The position numbers and the translations under genes were made by a program. A stretch of DNA of 64,000 nt from positions 2,426 through 66,425 of the forward strand of contig DASXST010000079.1 in NCBI GenBank assembly GCA_036505835.1. Reading direction: 5' to 3'. The stretch comes from Pseudolabrys sp. (GTDB lineage: Bacteria > Pseudomonadota > Alphaproteobacteria > Rhizobiales > Xanthobacteraceae). This document shows, piece by piece, positions 1-10,105 of the stretch. How positions within the stretch are numbered: position 1 is the first letter of the stretch; every line of letters begins with the position of its first letter. The notes below the pieces were generated by a model. That model worked only from the letters and a program-made list of their open reading frames with translations, did not search any database and was not told the origin of the DNA.

Positions 1-870
1 CAGTCTTCGCTGGTTATGTATCCTATCTACGCCTATGGCAGCGAAGCACAGCGCCGCAAATTTCTGCCAAAGCTGGCCACTGGCGAGATGATCGGATGCT
101 TCGGGCTGACGGAGCCCGATCATGGCTCCGATCCCGGTTCGATGGCGACGCGTGCCGAGAAAGTAACGGCCGGCTACAAGCTTAACGGAGCGAAGACCTG
201 GATCTCGAATTCTCCGGTTGCCGATTTTGCGGTCGTCTGGGCGAAGCTCGACAACGTGATACGCGGATTCCTGGTCGAGCGAGGCACGAAGGGATTCTCC
301 ACCCCGAAGATTGAAGGCAAACTTTCGCTTCGCGCCTCCATAACCGGCGAGATCGTGCTGGATGATTGCGTGATCCCTGAAGAGAATTTGCTGCCCAACG
401 TGAAAGGCCTCGCCGGCCCATTCGGCTGCCTCAATAATGCGCGCTACGGAATTGCCTGGGGCGCCATGGGGGCCGCCGAGTTCTGCTGGCATCGCGCCCG
501 CCAATACACGCTCGATCGCAAGCAGTTCGGTCGTCCGCTCGCCGCCAATCAATTGGTGCAAAAAAAGCTTGCGGATATGCAGACCGAAATCGCGATCGGG
601 CTGCAGGGAGCCCTGCGCCTCGGGCGCATGCTGGAAGCGGGCAAGGCTGCGCCACCATCGATCTCGCTGATGAAGCGAAACAATTGCGGCAAGGCGCTCG
701 AGATCGCGCGCCTTGCGCGCGATATGCACGGAGGCAACGGCATTTCAGAGGAATATCACGTGATGCGCGTGCTCTCGAATCTGGAGACGGTGAATACGTA
801 TGAGGGCACGCATGATATTCATGCATTGATTCTCGGTCGCGCCCAGACCGGCATCCAGGCGTTTTTCTGA
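1..870 (+). CDS. gcdH: Glutaryl-CoA dehydrogenase (5'-truncated by window edge)
   Basis: Frame open from base 1 ([13 protein letters not shown]); acyl-CoA dehydrogenase motifs [47 protein letters not shown] typical of GCDH. Confidence 0.9.
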   Translation, partial: QSSLVMYPIYAYGSEAQRRKFLPKLATGEMIGCFGLTEPDHGSDPGSMATRAEKVTAGYKLNGAKTWISNSPVADFAVVWAKLDNVIRGFLVERGTKGFSTPKIEGKLSLRASITGEIVLDDCVIPEENLLPNVKGLAGPFGCLNNARYGIAWGAMGAAEFCWHRARQYTLDRKQFGRPLAANQLVQKKLADMQTEIAIGLQGALRLGRMLEAGKAAPPSISLMKRNNCGKALEIARLARDMHGGNGISEEYHVMRVLSNLETVNTYEGTHDIHALILGRAQTGIQAFF

Positions 871-893
871 TTATTCTCCTGTTTTCGCCGCGG

Positions 894-996
894 GTCATTG
901 CCGGGATTGACCCGGCAATCCATGACGAGGGGCAACAAGTGCACTCGTTGCAGCTTTTATTGATAACATCCATCATGGATGCCCGGGTCAAGCCCG
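894..996. repeat. REP-like palindromic dimer, family A (right arm truncated)
   Basis: GTCATTGCCGGGATTGACCCGGCAATCCAT ... ATGGATGCCCGGGTCAAGCCCG; lacks the terminal CATGAC of the intact copies. Confidence 0.8.
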
Positions 997-1544
997 ATGG
1001 CCTGATTGCCGCCTCGATTATTGACGCGGGCGCCGGCCGGCGCAGCAGTTCTTTTGCTGACGCCGGAGCGAATATTCGCAGATCGTGCCATTGTTACTCG
1101 GTTTTGCGACGCTGCTGTTCGCCTATTCGGAACGGATCAGTGGCTGGCTCCATGCCCGCGCGGAGGGGCGCGGCCATGCAATTGCGTTCGACCTCGACAG
1201 CCTCAAGGTGGTGCTGTGTCTCATTTTATGGTGGCTACTTTGGCGCCCGGCGCGGGCATCCTGATGCTCGGCGTATTCTCGCTGGCGACAGGCGCGATTA
1301 TCGCTCGGCCAATGTCGCCAAGAATTTTTTCTCGAGTCTCAACGGATTTGCCGCCACCCTGGTGTTCGCCACGCAAGGCGCCGTGCTGTGGCCGCAGACC
1401 CTGGCTCTTGCTGCCGGGACAATCGCCGGCGGATTGATCGGGGCCTATGTCGCGCGCGTCATTCCGCGCAACGTCGTGCGCGTGCTGGTTGTCGTCGTCG
1501 GTGCGGCGCTCACAATCGCATTTGCGTGGCGCTACTGGTTCTGA
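997..1544 (+). pseudogene. Sulfite exporter TauE/SafE family membrane protein, 5'-deleted and multiply frameshifted
   Basis: Segments in alternating frames: GLIAASII / AVLLLTPERIFA / IVPLLLGFATLLFAYSERI / VSFYGGYFGA / GAGILMLGVFSLATG / DYRSANVAKN...AWRYWF; the YGGYFGAG motif is typical of TauE; no N-terminus. Confidence 0.75.
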
Positions 1545-1554
1545 CGCGCAAGAG

Positions 1555-2400
1555 CTACAACGCAATGGTGTTTGCGCTATGCGCCAGTGCCGCCACGCGG
1601 GCGGTCATCGCGCTGTCCGCTCTGGTGAGGGCGTCCACGACAGTGAAATGATCGGTGCCGGGGATTTCCTCGTAACGCGTGAGCGCCATGTCTTGTCGCC
1701 ACGACTCGACAATCGTGCGGCTCTGACGCAGGAACTCACTTGATTCAAGTGCGCCAACGACCGCGTCCAGGCTGCGGCCGGCCGGCACGCGCCAATAAAG
1801 CGGCGATACCCGGCGCGCTTCCACCTCATCGAGACGCAAATCCAGATTTTGCGAGCAATGCACCAACGGTGCGAGATCGAATACTCCGGAGATCGCATAG
1901 GCCGTCGGTGCGAGGTCGGCCGGCGCATCGGAGGCGAAAGCTTTCCAGTCTTGTGCCACCATGCACGCGGCCAGATGTCCGCCGGCCGAATGGCCGTAGA
2001 CGCAGATGCGCTGGCGCCGCTTGCGCCAGAGGGTCAGACAGGCGCTGCGCATCTGTTCGATGATGTCGGCAATCGAGCAATGCGGGCAAAGGTCGTAGCC
2101 GACGACAGCGACTGTTACCCCCCGCGCGTTCGGTCCTGCCGCCATTTGTGAAAACATCGAAGACTCAAGCGAGCGCCAATAGCCGCCGTGAATGAACATT
2201 GCGAGGGGTGCCTGGTCATCGTCCTTGGCGGGGAAGAGGTCGATAGTCCGCCGCGATGAAGGGCCATAACCAATGCCGAGCTTGGGGTTGTGCGCGCTCG
2301 CGCGATACGCTGCCGCCTCGCGTTGCCAGCGTGCAAAAATCTCGGGATGTTCGGGGACGCGGGAGCGGTTGTCGTATTCAACCTCATAATCAACGGGCAT
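1555..2400 (-). CDS. Alpha/beta hydrolase, arylformamidase (kynurenine formamidase)-like
   Basis: HGGYW oxyanion motif, GHSAGGHL nucleophile elbow, C-terminal DHF; start at MPVDYEVEYDNR. Confidence 0.8.
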   Translation of the reverse strand: MPVDYEVEYDNRSRVPEHPEIFARWQREAAAYRASAHNPKLGIGYGPSSRRTIDLFPAKDDDQAPLAMFIHGGYWRSLESSMFSQMAAGPNARGVTVAVVGYDLCPHCSIADIIEQMRSACLTLWRKRRQRICVYGHSAGGHLAACMVAQDWKAFASDAPADLAPTAYAISGVFDLAPLVHCSQNLDLRLDEVEARRVSPLYWRVPAGRSLDAVVGALESSEFLRQSRTIVESWRQDMALTRYEEIPGTDHFTVVDALTRADSAMTARVAALAHSANTIAL

Positions 2401-2462
2401 GGCGTTCTCGGCGTGAATGAGCTGGCTTTGCGCAGGACTCGAAACGGCGTTATTTCTTAGCA

Positions 2463-3587
2463 ATGAAGATCGACGGCAAGCAAATGCGAACGGTTTGGAT
2501 CGAAAGCGATGGCGCAAGCCTCGGCATTATCGATCAGACGCTGCTGCCGCATCGCCTTGCTACGATACGGCTTGCCACGCTTGACGATGTCGCACGGGCG
2601 ATCGTAACCATGCAGGTGCGCGGCGCGCCGCTGATCGGCGCGACAGCAGCCTATGGCCTCTGGCTCGCCCTGCGCGCCGATCCATCCGACGAAGCACTGG
2701 ACGATGCCTACGCCACACTGATTGCGACGCGCCCGACGGCCATCAATCTCAAATGGGCGCTGGACGAAATGTTGGCCGCGGTGCGCAACCGACCGCGCGC
2801 CGAGCGCGCGGAAGCGGCCTTACGCAGAGCAAGCGAAATCGCCGATGAGGATGTTGCGATCAACCAGGCCATCGGCTGCTATGGACTGCCAATCATTGAG
2901 CAAATTGCCGCAACCAAAAAGGGCGCACCGGTCAACGTGCTTACCCACTGCAACGCCGGCTGGCTGGCCACCGTCGATTGGGGGACGGCGACTGCGCCAA
3001 TCTATACGGCTCACGATAAAGGCCTCCCCGTCCATGTTTTTGCCGATGAGACGCGGCCGCGCAACCAGGGCGCTGCGCTTACCGCCTGGGAGCTGGGCCA
3101 TCACGGCGTGCCGCACACCGTTATTGCCGACAATACCGGCGGGCATCTCATGCAGCACGGGCTGGTTGACGTAGTCATCGTCGGAGCCGACCGCGTGACC
3201 GCGCAAGGGGATGTCTGCAATAAAATCGGCACTTATCTCAAGGCGCTCGCCGCTCATGACAACAACGTGCCGTTCTACGTCGCGCTGCCATCGCCGACGA
3301 TTGACTTCGCGATCGATGATGGCCTTGCCGAGATTCCCATCGAACAGCGGGCGGCCGAAGAGGTCGCAACGGTGAGCGGGAGGGCCGCCTCCGGCCACAT
3401 CGAGACAGTGCGGATCGTTCCCGATGGCTCGCCGGTTGCGAACTTTGCTTTCGACGTTACCCCGGCACGACTCGTCACCGGGTTGATCACCGAGCGAGGC
3501 ATCGTTCAGGCAAATCGTGCCGCGCTTGCACACGCTTTCCCTGAACGCGCCGAAGTCCGGCCCAAATCGAATCGCAAGGTCAGCTGA
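2463..3587 (+). CDS. mtnA: S-methyl-5-thioribose-1-phosphate isomerase
   Basis: VRGAPLIG, RPTAINL, LTHCNAGWLAT, ETRPRNQG, NKIGTY and FDVTP motifs. Confidence 0.93.
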   Translation: MKIDGKQMRTVWIESDGASLGIIDQTLLPHRLATIRLATLDDVARAIVTMQVRGAPLIGATAAYGLWLALRADPSDEALDDAYATLIATRPTAINLKWALDEMLAAVRNRPRAERAEAALRRASEIADEDVAINQAIGCYGLPIIEQIAATKKGAPVNVLTHCNAGWLATVDWGTATAPIYTAHDKGLPVHVFADETRPRNQGAALTAWELGHHGVPHTVIADNTGGHLMQHGLVDVVIVGADRVTAQGDVCNKIGTYLKALAAHDNNVPFYVALPSPTIDFAIDDGLAEIPIEQRAAEEVATVSGRAASGHIETVRIVPDGSPVANFAFDVTPARLVTGLITERGIVQANRAALAHAFPERAEVRPKSNRKVS

Positions 3588-4072
3588 TGGCCTTGGCATC
3601 GTCTCCATCTCAAATGCCCATCGATGGCCGCCAGTCGCAGACTGCACTCGCGGTCGCACGCGGAACCGCGCGGCTGCTGCACGCGCACGGGCGCTGCGTT
3701 GTAAGCGAATTGCCCTTGCCGTCCGGCCGGCGGGCGGATCTTGTCGCGCTCGATCCGAGCGGCGAGATCTGGATTATCGAGATCAAGTCCTCGATCGCCG
3801 ATTTTCGTGCCGACCAGAAATGGCATGACTATCGGGCGCACTGCGATCGCTTGTTCTTCGCCTCGACAATCGACGTCCCGTGCGAAATTTTCCCGCCGGA
3901 CACCGGGCTGATCGTGGCCGATGCCTTCGGCGCGGAGTTTAAATGTGAAGCGCCCGAACACAGGTTGTCGGCCGCGACACGAAAATCGATGATGTTGCTG
4001 TTTGCGCGTGCTGCAGCGATGCGCCTGCAATCGCTGGCCGATCCGACAGGACCTTACTGGGACGCGGAATAA
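3587..4072 (+). CDS. mmcB: MmcB family DNA repair protein (PD-(D/E)xK nuclease-like)
   Basis: ELPLPSGRRADLVAL...IIEIKSSIADFRADQKWHDYRAHCDRLFFA signature. Confidence 0.85.
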   Translation: MALASSPSQMPIDGRQSQTALAVARGTARLLHAHGRCVVSELPLPSGRRADLVALDPSGEIWIIEIKSSIADFRADQKWHDYRAHCDRLFFASTIDVPCEIFPPDTGLIVADAFGAEFKCEAPEHRLSAATRKSMMLLFARAAAMRLQSLADPTGPYWDAE

Positions 4073-4080
4073 TACAAAGA

Positions 4081-4659
4081 CTAACGCGGTGCGCGTTTGG
4101 CCAGAATCCGTTGCAAGGTCCGGCGGTGCATGTTGAGCCGGCGCGCAGTCTCCGAAACATTGCGGCCGCACAGCTCATAGATACGCTGGATGTGTTCCCA
4201 GCGCACGCGGTCGGCCGACATCGGATTTTCGGGCGGCTCGATCTTGGCGTCGTCCAATGCCAACAAGGCTGCGACGACGTCATCGGCATCGACGGGCTTG
4301 GCGAGATAATCGACCGCGCCAAGCTTCACCGCATTCACCGCGGTGGCGATGTTGCCGTAGCCGGTCAAGATGATGCCGCGCGCGTCGGGACGACGGCGCT
4401 TAAGCGCAGAAATCACGTCGAGCCCGTTGCCGTCGCCGAGGCGCATATCGACCACAGCATAGGCCGGCGCTGCCTTTTCGACTTGCAACAAGCCTTCGGA
4501 AACCGACTCCGCGGTCGTGACCGAAAATCCGCGTTGCTCGAGCGCCTTGGCGAGCCGCTGCAGGAAGGAAAAATCGTCTTCGACGATCAACAAGGACCGT
4601 TCGCCGTTGATTTTCTCTTTCGCCGCCGGCCGGGCGGTATCGCTCGTTGCAACGTCCAC
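4081..4659 (-). CDS. regA: RegA/PrrA/ActR redox response regulator
   Basis: Receiver domain plus conserved C-terminus PPENPMSADRVRWEHIQRIYELCGRNVSETARRLNMHRRTLQRILAKR; GTG start at 4659 inferred. Confidence 0.93.
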   Translation of the reverse strand: MDVATSDTARPAAKEKINGERSLLIVEDDFSFLQRLAKALEQRGFSVTTAESVSEGLLQVEKAAPAYAVVDMRLGDGNGLDVISALKRRRPDARGIILTGYGNIATAVNAVKLGAVDYLAKPVDADDVVAALLALDDAKIEPPENPMSADRVRWEHIQRIYELCGRNVSETARRLNMHRRTLQRILAKRAPR

Positions 4660-4745
4660 GGTCTCACCACATGCTGCTCTTATCGGTATCCTAGCCGGAC
4701 AGCCTATCAGTCGCACGCAACAAATAGTGATTGCCCGAGGCTCCC

Positions 4746-6062
4746 TCAAGCCGCTGCGAACGCTACTGATTGTTCGAAATCGCTGCGGCGCCAGCTGAGC
4801 CTGATAACGGCGCCCCGCTCCGACCCGGGCCGATTTTGAAATGAGAGGGTTGCCCCTGAGCGCTCCAGCAATGTCTTGGCGATGAAGAAACCGAGGCCAA
4901 GGCCGGCCGGCTCCTCGTCTGTGCCGCCGCGAGGACGTCGCCGGCTGGTCACGTAGGGTTCTCCAATCCGGGTCAGGATTTCGGGCGCAAATCCGGGGCC
5001 ATCGTCACTGATGGTGACCGCGACAGAATCATCATTCCAGCGCGCATCAACCGCAACGCGGTCGCGCGCGAAGTCGACTGCGTTTTCCAAGAGATTGCCA
5101 AGTCCATAGAGAATGGCCGGGTTACGTGCTCCAACCGGTTCGGTGGAGCGATCGCTCGGTGAAGTCACCTCGATATTCACCCCAAAATTGCGATGCGGCG
5201 CCACAACCTCCTCGATCAGCGCAGTGAGAGGCATGCGGTCAAACGGCTCTCCACCGGCAGACAATTCGGTGAGCTTGGCAAGAATGTCGCGGCAGCGCGT
5301 GGCCTGTTCGCGCAACAGCCGAACATCGTCGCCGTGCGGCGCGTCCGGCGCGATCGCCCGCTCCAGCTCCTTGGCGATGACAGAGATGGTCGAAAGTGGT
5401 GTGCCGAGTTCATGCGCCGCCGCGGCGGCAAGTCCGTCGAGCTGGGAAAGATGCTGCTCGCGCGCAAGCACCAACTCGGTCGCGGCGAGCGCGTCGGAAA
5501 GTTGACGAGACTCTTCCGTAATTTGCCAGGCATATGCCCCGATGAAACCGATCGCGAGCAGAATGCATAGCCAGACGCCCATCATGTAGATAGGCGGCAG
5601 TTGCAATGGATCCTCGCTGTCCCACGGCAGGGGATAATGCACGAATACCAGAATGGTGGCGCACGCGACCGCAAAACCGCCCAGCAGAAGCGTGAACCGC
5701 GGTGGCAGCGCCGTCGCCGACAACAAGACCGGTCCCAGAAACATGAAGGCGAACGGATTTTGCAGGCCCCCGGTCAGATACAGGAGCACTGCCAGCTCCG
5801 CGATGTCGAAGGCAAGCAGCCATGCCGCACGGTCGGGCTCGAGTCTTTGCGTCATATGGAAACGCAGACGCAGCGCCACGTTGAGCCAGGCCGCGAGGAT
5901 AATGGCGGCGAGACACGCGTAAATCGGAAGCTGGAAGTCGAGTCCGGAGTAGACCACGAGGACGGCCGTGGTCTGCCCGATGATTGCAAGCCAGCGCAAC
6001 CGCACCAATGTATCGAGGCGCACGGTTCGGCCGGGGTGAGGTTGGGCAAGGGGCGAGGCCAT
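4746..6062 (-). CDS. regB: RegB/PrrB/ActS redox sensor histidine kinase
   Basis: TM region with GGLQNPF quinone motif, H-box AAAAAHELGTPL, redox Cys in RCRDIL, DDGPGF and GLGLGFFIA boxes. Confidence 0.93.
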   Translation of the reverse strand: MASPLAQPHPGRTVRLDTLVRLRWLAIIGQTTAVLVVYSGLDFQLPIYACLAAIILAAWLNVALRLRFHMTQRLEPDRAAWLLAFDIAELAVLLYLTGGLQNPFAFMFLGPVLLSATALPPRFTLLLGGFAVACATILVFVHYPLPWDSEDPLQLPPIYMMGVWLCILLAIGFIGAYAWQITEESRQLSDALAATELVLAREQHLSQLDGLAAAAAHELGTPLSTISVIAKELERAIAPDAPHGDDVRLLREQATRCRDILAKLTELSAGGEPFDRMPLTALIEEVVAPHRNFGVNIEVTSPSDRSTEPVGARNPAILYGLGNLLENAVDFARDRVAVDARWNDDSVAVTISDDGPGFAPEILTRIGEPYVTSRRRPRGGTDEEPAGLGLGFFIAKTLLERSGATLSFQNRPGSERGAVIRLSWRRSDFEQSVAFAAA

Positions 6063-6142
6063 GATTCAGTCTAACGCCAGGCGGCGGCGGTACAAATTGC
6101 ATCCGCATCGCGGGGCTTGCACTTCTTGCGGCGGAGCGTCAC

Positions 6143-6913
6143 ATGTTTCCGCCTATGGATGCGCGAAATGCTTCCGCCATCACCGTCGATCGACTGGTCA
6201 AGCGCTATAAGGGCGTGGCGGCCGTCGACGGCATCAGCTTTCGGTTGACGCCGGGCTCGGTGACCGGGCTGCTTGGGGGAAACGGGGCCGGTAAAACCAC
6301 GACGATTGCAATGATCATGGGCTTAGTCACGCCGACCTCCGGCAGCGTCACCGTGCTGGGCGCCGAGATGCCGAGGCAACGTTATCGCGTGCTGCACCGG
6401 ATGAATTTCGAGAGCCCCTACGTCGACATGCCGATGCGGCTAACGGTGAGGCAAAATCTTTCCGTCTTCGCCCAGCTTTACGCGGTGGCCGACATCGACG
6501 AACGAATCGACAGGCTGGCCGCCGATCTCGATCTCACCGACTTTCTTGACCGGCCGACCGGCAAGCTCTCCGCCGGCCAGAAGACACGGGTGTCGCTCGC
6601 CAAGGCGCTGCTGAACAAGCCTGAAGTGCTGTTGCTGGATGAGCCGACCGCCTCGCTTGATCCTGACACGGCGGACTGGGTGCGCTCGCGGCTCGAACGA
6701 TACCGCGCGGAGGAGAGTGCAACGATGCTGCTTGCCTCTCACAACATGGCAGAGGTCGAACGATTGTGCGAACGGGTCATTATCATGAAGAAAGGCCGCA
6801 TCGAGGACGATGACAACCCCGACCGGCTGCTCTCCCGCTACGGCCGCGAGACGCTGGAAGAAGTGTTTCTCGATGTCGCGCGCGGGCGGCGGCAGAGCGA
6901 GGCTGCAAAATGA
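6143..6913 (+). CDS. ABC transporter ATP-binding protein (ABC-2 exporter type)
   Basis: Walker A GGNGAGKTT, signature LSAGQ, Walker B LLLDEPT; alternative start at 6155. Confidence 0.9.
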   Translation: MFPPMDARNASAITVDRLVKRYKGVAAVDGISFRLTPGSVTGLLGGNGAGKTTTIAMIMGLVTPTSGSVTVLGAEMPRQRYRVLHRMNFESPYVDMPMRLTVRQNLSVFAQLYAVADIDERIDRLAADLDLTDFLDRPTGKLSAGQKTRVSLAKALLNKPEVLLLDEPTASLDPDTADWVRSRLERYRAEESATMLLASHNMAEVERLCERVIIMKKGRIEDDDNPDRLLSRYGRETLEEVFLDVARGRRQSEAAK

Positions 6914-7728
6914 TCGCCAGTGACGCGGGCATGGAATTCTCGTTCAACCGCGTTGCAGCCATGGTGCGGCGCTATTGGTACCTGTTGCGTTCGTCGTGGC
7001 CCCGCATTCTCGATCTGATTTATTGGCCGACCGTACAGATGCTGATGTGGGGCTTCCTTCAGGTTTATATTTCGCAGAACTCCAATTTTTTCGTCCAGGC
7101 CGGCGGTGTTTTCATCGGCTCGGTACTGTTGTGGGACATTCTGTTCCGTGGGCAGCTAGGCTTTTCCATTTCTTTCCTGGAAGAAATGTACGCGCGCAAC
7201 CTGGGCAACCTCATGATGTCGCCGTTGCGGCCGACGGAATTCCTGCTCTCGCTCATGGTCATGAGCATCGTGCGTTTGGCGATCGGAATGATCCCGGTAT
7301 CTTTGCTGGCGATTGCTTTCTTCGGATTTAATTTGTGGGCACTCGGTCTGGCCCTTGCCGCGTTCTTTGCCAATCTGATTTTGACGAGTTGGGCGGTCGG
7401 CATTTTCATCGCGGGGCTTTTGTTGCGTAACGGCCTTGGCGCAGAGAGCATGGCCTGGACGATCATGTTTCTGTTTCTGCCGCTGACCTGCGTGTACTAT
7501 CCGGTGGCGGTGTTGCCCGGTTGGCTTCAGTACTTTGCCTGGGCACTTCCGCCGACCTATGTCTTTGAAGGCATGCGCACGCTGCTGATCGACCATGTAT
7601 TCCGCGCCGATCTGATGATCGAGGCTTTTGCCCTCAATATCGTGCTGTTCGCGGCTGCATCATTGGCTTTTTTGACGCTTTTGCGGAGCGCGCGGGTGCA
7701 AGGCTCGCTTTTGCAGACCAGTGAGTAG
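6910..7728 (+). CDS. ABC-2 type transporter permease
   Basis: Hydrophobic multi-TM protein with YYPVAVLPGWLQ motif; ATGA overlap with the ATPase gene. Confidence 0.88.
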   Translation: MIASDAGMEFSFNRVAAMVRRYWYLLRSSWPRILDLIYWPTVQMLMWGFLQVYISQNSNFFVQAGGVFIGSVLLWDILFRGQLGFSISFLEEMYARNLGNLMMSPLRPTEFLLSLMVMSIVRLAIGMIPVSLLAIAFFGFNLWALGLALAAFFANLILTSWAVGIFIAGLLLRNGLGAESMAWTIMFLFLPLTCVYYPVAVLPGWLQYFAWALPPTYVFEGMRTLLIDHVFRADLMIEAFALNIVLFAAASLAFLTLLRSARVQGSLLQTSE

Positions 7729-7755
7729 TCAAAAAAAGCTTGTGTTTAATGGGAC

Positions 7756-7779
7756 TTACAACGCCATTCGGCGTTGTAA
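7756..7779. promoter_or_regulatory. 10-bp perfect inverted repeat upstream of phaZ (operator or hairpin)
   Basis: TTACAACGCC-ATTC-GGCGTTGTAA in an AT-richer intergenic region. Confidence 0.4.
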
Positions 7780-7865
7780 ACTGCATACCAACGACTATTC
7801 TCTATGTTGACGCTATGACGGAAAAACGACAGTCTGCCGCACTGCAGCGAGGGCCGGGGGAATCA

Positions 7866-9203
7866 ATGGCAATTGGTGAATTCGGCGGAGCAGCGACGCT
7901 CTCCGACGGCAGCGGCACGTTATTGGCCACGCCGATGTACTGGTTTTATGAGATGGGGCATGCCGCGCTCAATCCGGCTCGTGCTTTTGCAGACGCCACA
8001 CGGCTGTTCTTCAAGAATCCGGCGAATCCGCTCGCCCACACCTCCTATGGCAAGTCGATGGCGGCTACCATGGAGTTGTTCGAACGCTCGACCCGCCGAT
8101 ATCGCCGGCCGGAATGGGACATCGACTCCACCACGGTAGGGGGCGAGAAGGTCCCCGTGCAGATCAAGAGCATCTGGGAGCGTCCTTTCTGTCGGCTTCT
8201 GCACTTCGAGCGTGGTTTCAGGCAGGCGCCACGACGGCCCCAGCCAAGACTGCTGATTGTCGCCCCGATGTCGGGTCACTACCCGACATTATTGCGCGGC
8301 ACGGTCGAGACTTTTCTTCCCAATCACGAAGTGTACATCACCGAATGGATCGACGCCCGCATGGTGCCGCTGGCGGCAGGGCGTTTCGATCTCGATTCCT
8401 ACATCGACTACATTATTTCGATACTTCATTTGCTGGGCGGCGATGTGCATGTGATTGCCGTGTGTCAGCCCTCAGTGCCGGTGCTGGCTGCCGTTGCGCT
8501 TATGGAAGCCGACAACGATCCCGACGTCCCCCGCTCCATGGTGCTCATGGGCGGACCGATCGACACGCGGATTAATCCCAACGAGGTCAACAAGCTTGCC
8601 GAGCGGCGCGGACTCAACTGGTTCCGCAATCACGTGATTACCAAGGTTCCGTTCCCGCACCCGGGCTTCATGCGCGACGTTTATCCGGGCTTCCTGCAGC
8701 TTCACGGCTTCATGAGCATGAACCTGGATCGGCACATCGAGGCACATCACAATTTGTTCCTGCACCTCGTGAAGGGCGACGGCGATTCCGCCCAGAAGCA
8801 CCGTGAATTCTACGACGAATATCTCGCCGCCATGGATCTTGCCGCCGAGTTCTATCTCCAGACCGTGGATACCGTGTTCATCCGCCATGCGTTGCCAAAA
8901 GGGGAAATGACGCATCGCGGTCGGCGCGTCGACCCGGCCGCGATCAGGCGGGTCGCGCTAATGACGGTCGAGGGAGAGAATGACGATATCTCGAGCGTCG
9001 GCCAGACCGAGGCTGCGCATGCGCTGTGTATCAACATTCCCGAGGAGAATAAGGTTCACTACGTGCAGCCTGGAGTCGGTCACTATGGCGTGTTTAATGG
9101 TTCCCGCTTCCGCGCCGAGACTGCCCCGCGCATCGCCGACTTTGCGCTGTCGCACAACGGCAGCCGTAGCCTGCGCTCCACGCTTCTAAAGGTCGTAGGT
9201 TAG
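7866..9203 (+). CDS. phaZ: Intracellular polyhydroxyalkanoate depolymerase
   Basis: LIVAPMSGHY, AVCQP (catalytic Cys), GGPID, EGENDDIS and GHYGVFNG motifs; start at MAIGEFGG. Confidence 0.9.
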   Translation: MAIGEFGGAATLSDGSGTLLATPMYWFYEMGHAALNPARAFADATRLFFKNPANPLAHTSYGKSMAATMELFERSTRRYRRPEWDIDSTTVGGEKVPVQIKSIWERPFCRLLHFERGFRQAPRRPQPRLLIVAPMSGHYPTLLRGTVETFLPNHEVYITEWIDARMVPLAAGRFDLDSYIDYIISILHLLGGDVHVIAVCQPSVPVLAAVALMEADNDPDVPRSMVLMGGPIDTRINPNEVNKLAERRGLNWFRNHVITKVPFPHPGFMRDVYPGFLQLHGFMSMNLDRHIEAHHNLFLHLVKGDGDSAQKHREFYDEYLAAMDLAAEFYLQTVDTVFIRHALPKGEMTHRGRRVDPAAIRRVALMTVEGENDDISSVGQTEAAHALCINIPEENKVHYVQPGVGHYGVFNGSRFRAETAPRIADFALSHNGSRSLRSTLLKVVG

Positions 9204-9263
9204 CGTTGATGGCGTTCGCACGCGTGATTTTGGAACACAGCTGGCCCGTTCCGATTTGATCCG

Positions 9264-10028
9264 ATGATGTCGATGCCATTCCGCGCCCTGCTTTATCGCC
9301 GGACCAGCGAGCCCTCAGCCATTACGGTTGCTTGTGACGGGGAAATTCATCCTGTCCGCGTGCGCCGGCATCGACAGGCGCGCCGCTATACCTTGCGCAT
9401 CCTCGTGGCCAGCCGCGAGGTCGTGCTCACCATGCCCACGCGCGGCAGCGTCAAGCACGCAAAGGAATTCGCTCAAAAGCACAGTGCCTGGATTGCATCA
9501 CGGCTGCGACGGCTGCCGGGCGCCGCACCTTTTGCTCATGGCGCATTCTTGCCACTGCGGGGCCGCGAATACCGCATCGAACACCGACCCGGGGAAAGAG
9601 GCACAGTTTGGATCGAGACGGACGGGAGCGAACACTTGTTGTGTGTCGCCGGAGAAAGACCTCATCTGTCACGGCGGGTGCACGACTATCTCAAGCGCGA
9701 AGCCAAGCGTGACTTGCAGGTGGCGAGTCAGTCGGCCGCACAGGCCCTTGGCATCGAGTTCAAGCGCGTGTCCGTGCGCGACCAGTCGAGCCGCTGGGGT
9801 TCGTGCTCCTCGAGTGGCGTGCTCTCATATTCCTGGCGACTGGTGATGGCTCCGCCATTTGTCCTCGAATATCTTGCAGCGCACGAGGTTGCCCACCTCA
9901 TCGAGATGAATCACTCGCGTCGATTCTGGCGGCTGGTTGAAAGTATTTGTCCGCAAATGGGCCGGGCCAGGGCCTGGCTGGATGCCCATGGCGCAGATCT
10001 CCATCGCTATGGCCTGGATTTGCGCTAG
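9264..10028 (+). CDS. M48/YgjP-like (DUF45) zinc metallopeptidase
   Basis: RWGSCS and HEVAHLIEMNHSRRFW motifs. Confidence 0.85.
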   Translation: MMSMPFRALLYRRTSEPSAITVACDGEIHPVRVRRHRQARRYTLRILVASREVVLTMPTRGSVKHAKEFAQKHSAWIASRLRRLPGAAPFAHGAFLPLRGREYRIEHRPGERGTVWIETDGSEHLLCVAGERPHLSRRVHDYLKREAKRDLQVASQSAAQALGIEFKRVSVRDQSSRWGSCSSSGVLSYSWRLVMAPPFVLEYLAAHEVAHLIEMNHSRRFWRLVESICPQMGRARAWLDAHGADLHRYGLDLR

Positions 10029-10105
10029 CCTCTTACTCATGCACTAAGTCGGTCGTCCTGCCGGCATGCCCGGGACCAGGATGCCTGGACAAACGGATTC
10101 GGCCC

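Noticed and set aside
10050-10095. GC-rich hairpin-like stretch between the M48 peptidase and Bcr genes as another repeat copy
   Set aside because: Too degenerate to assign to family A or B
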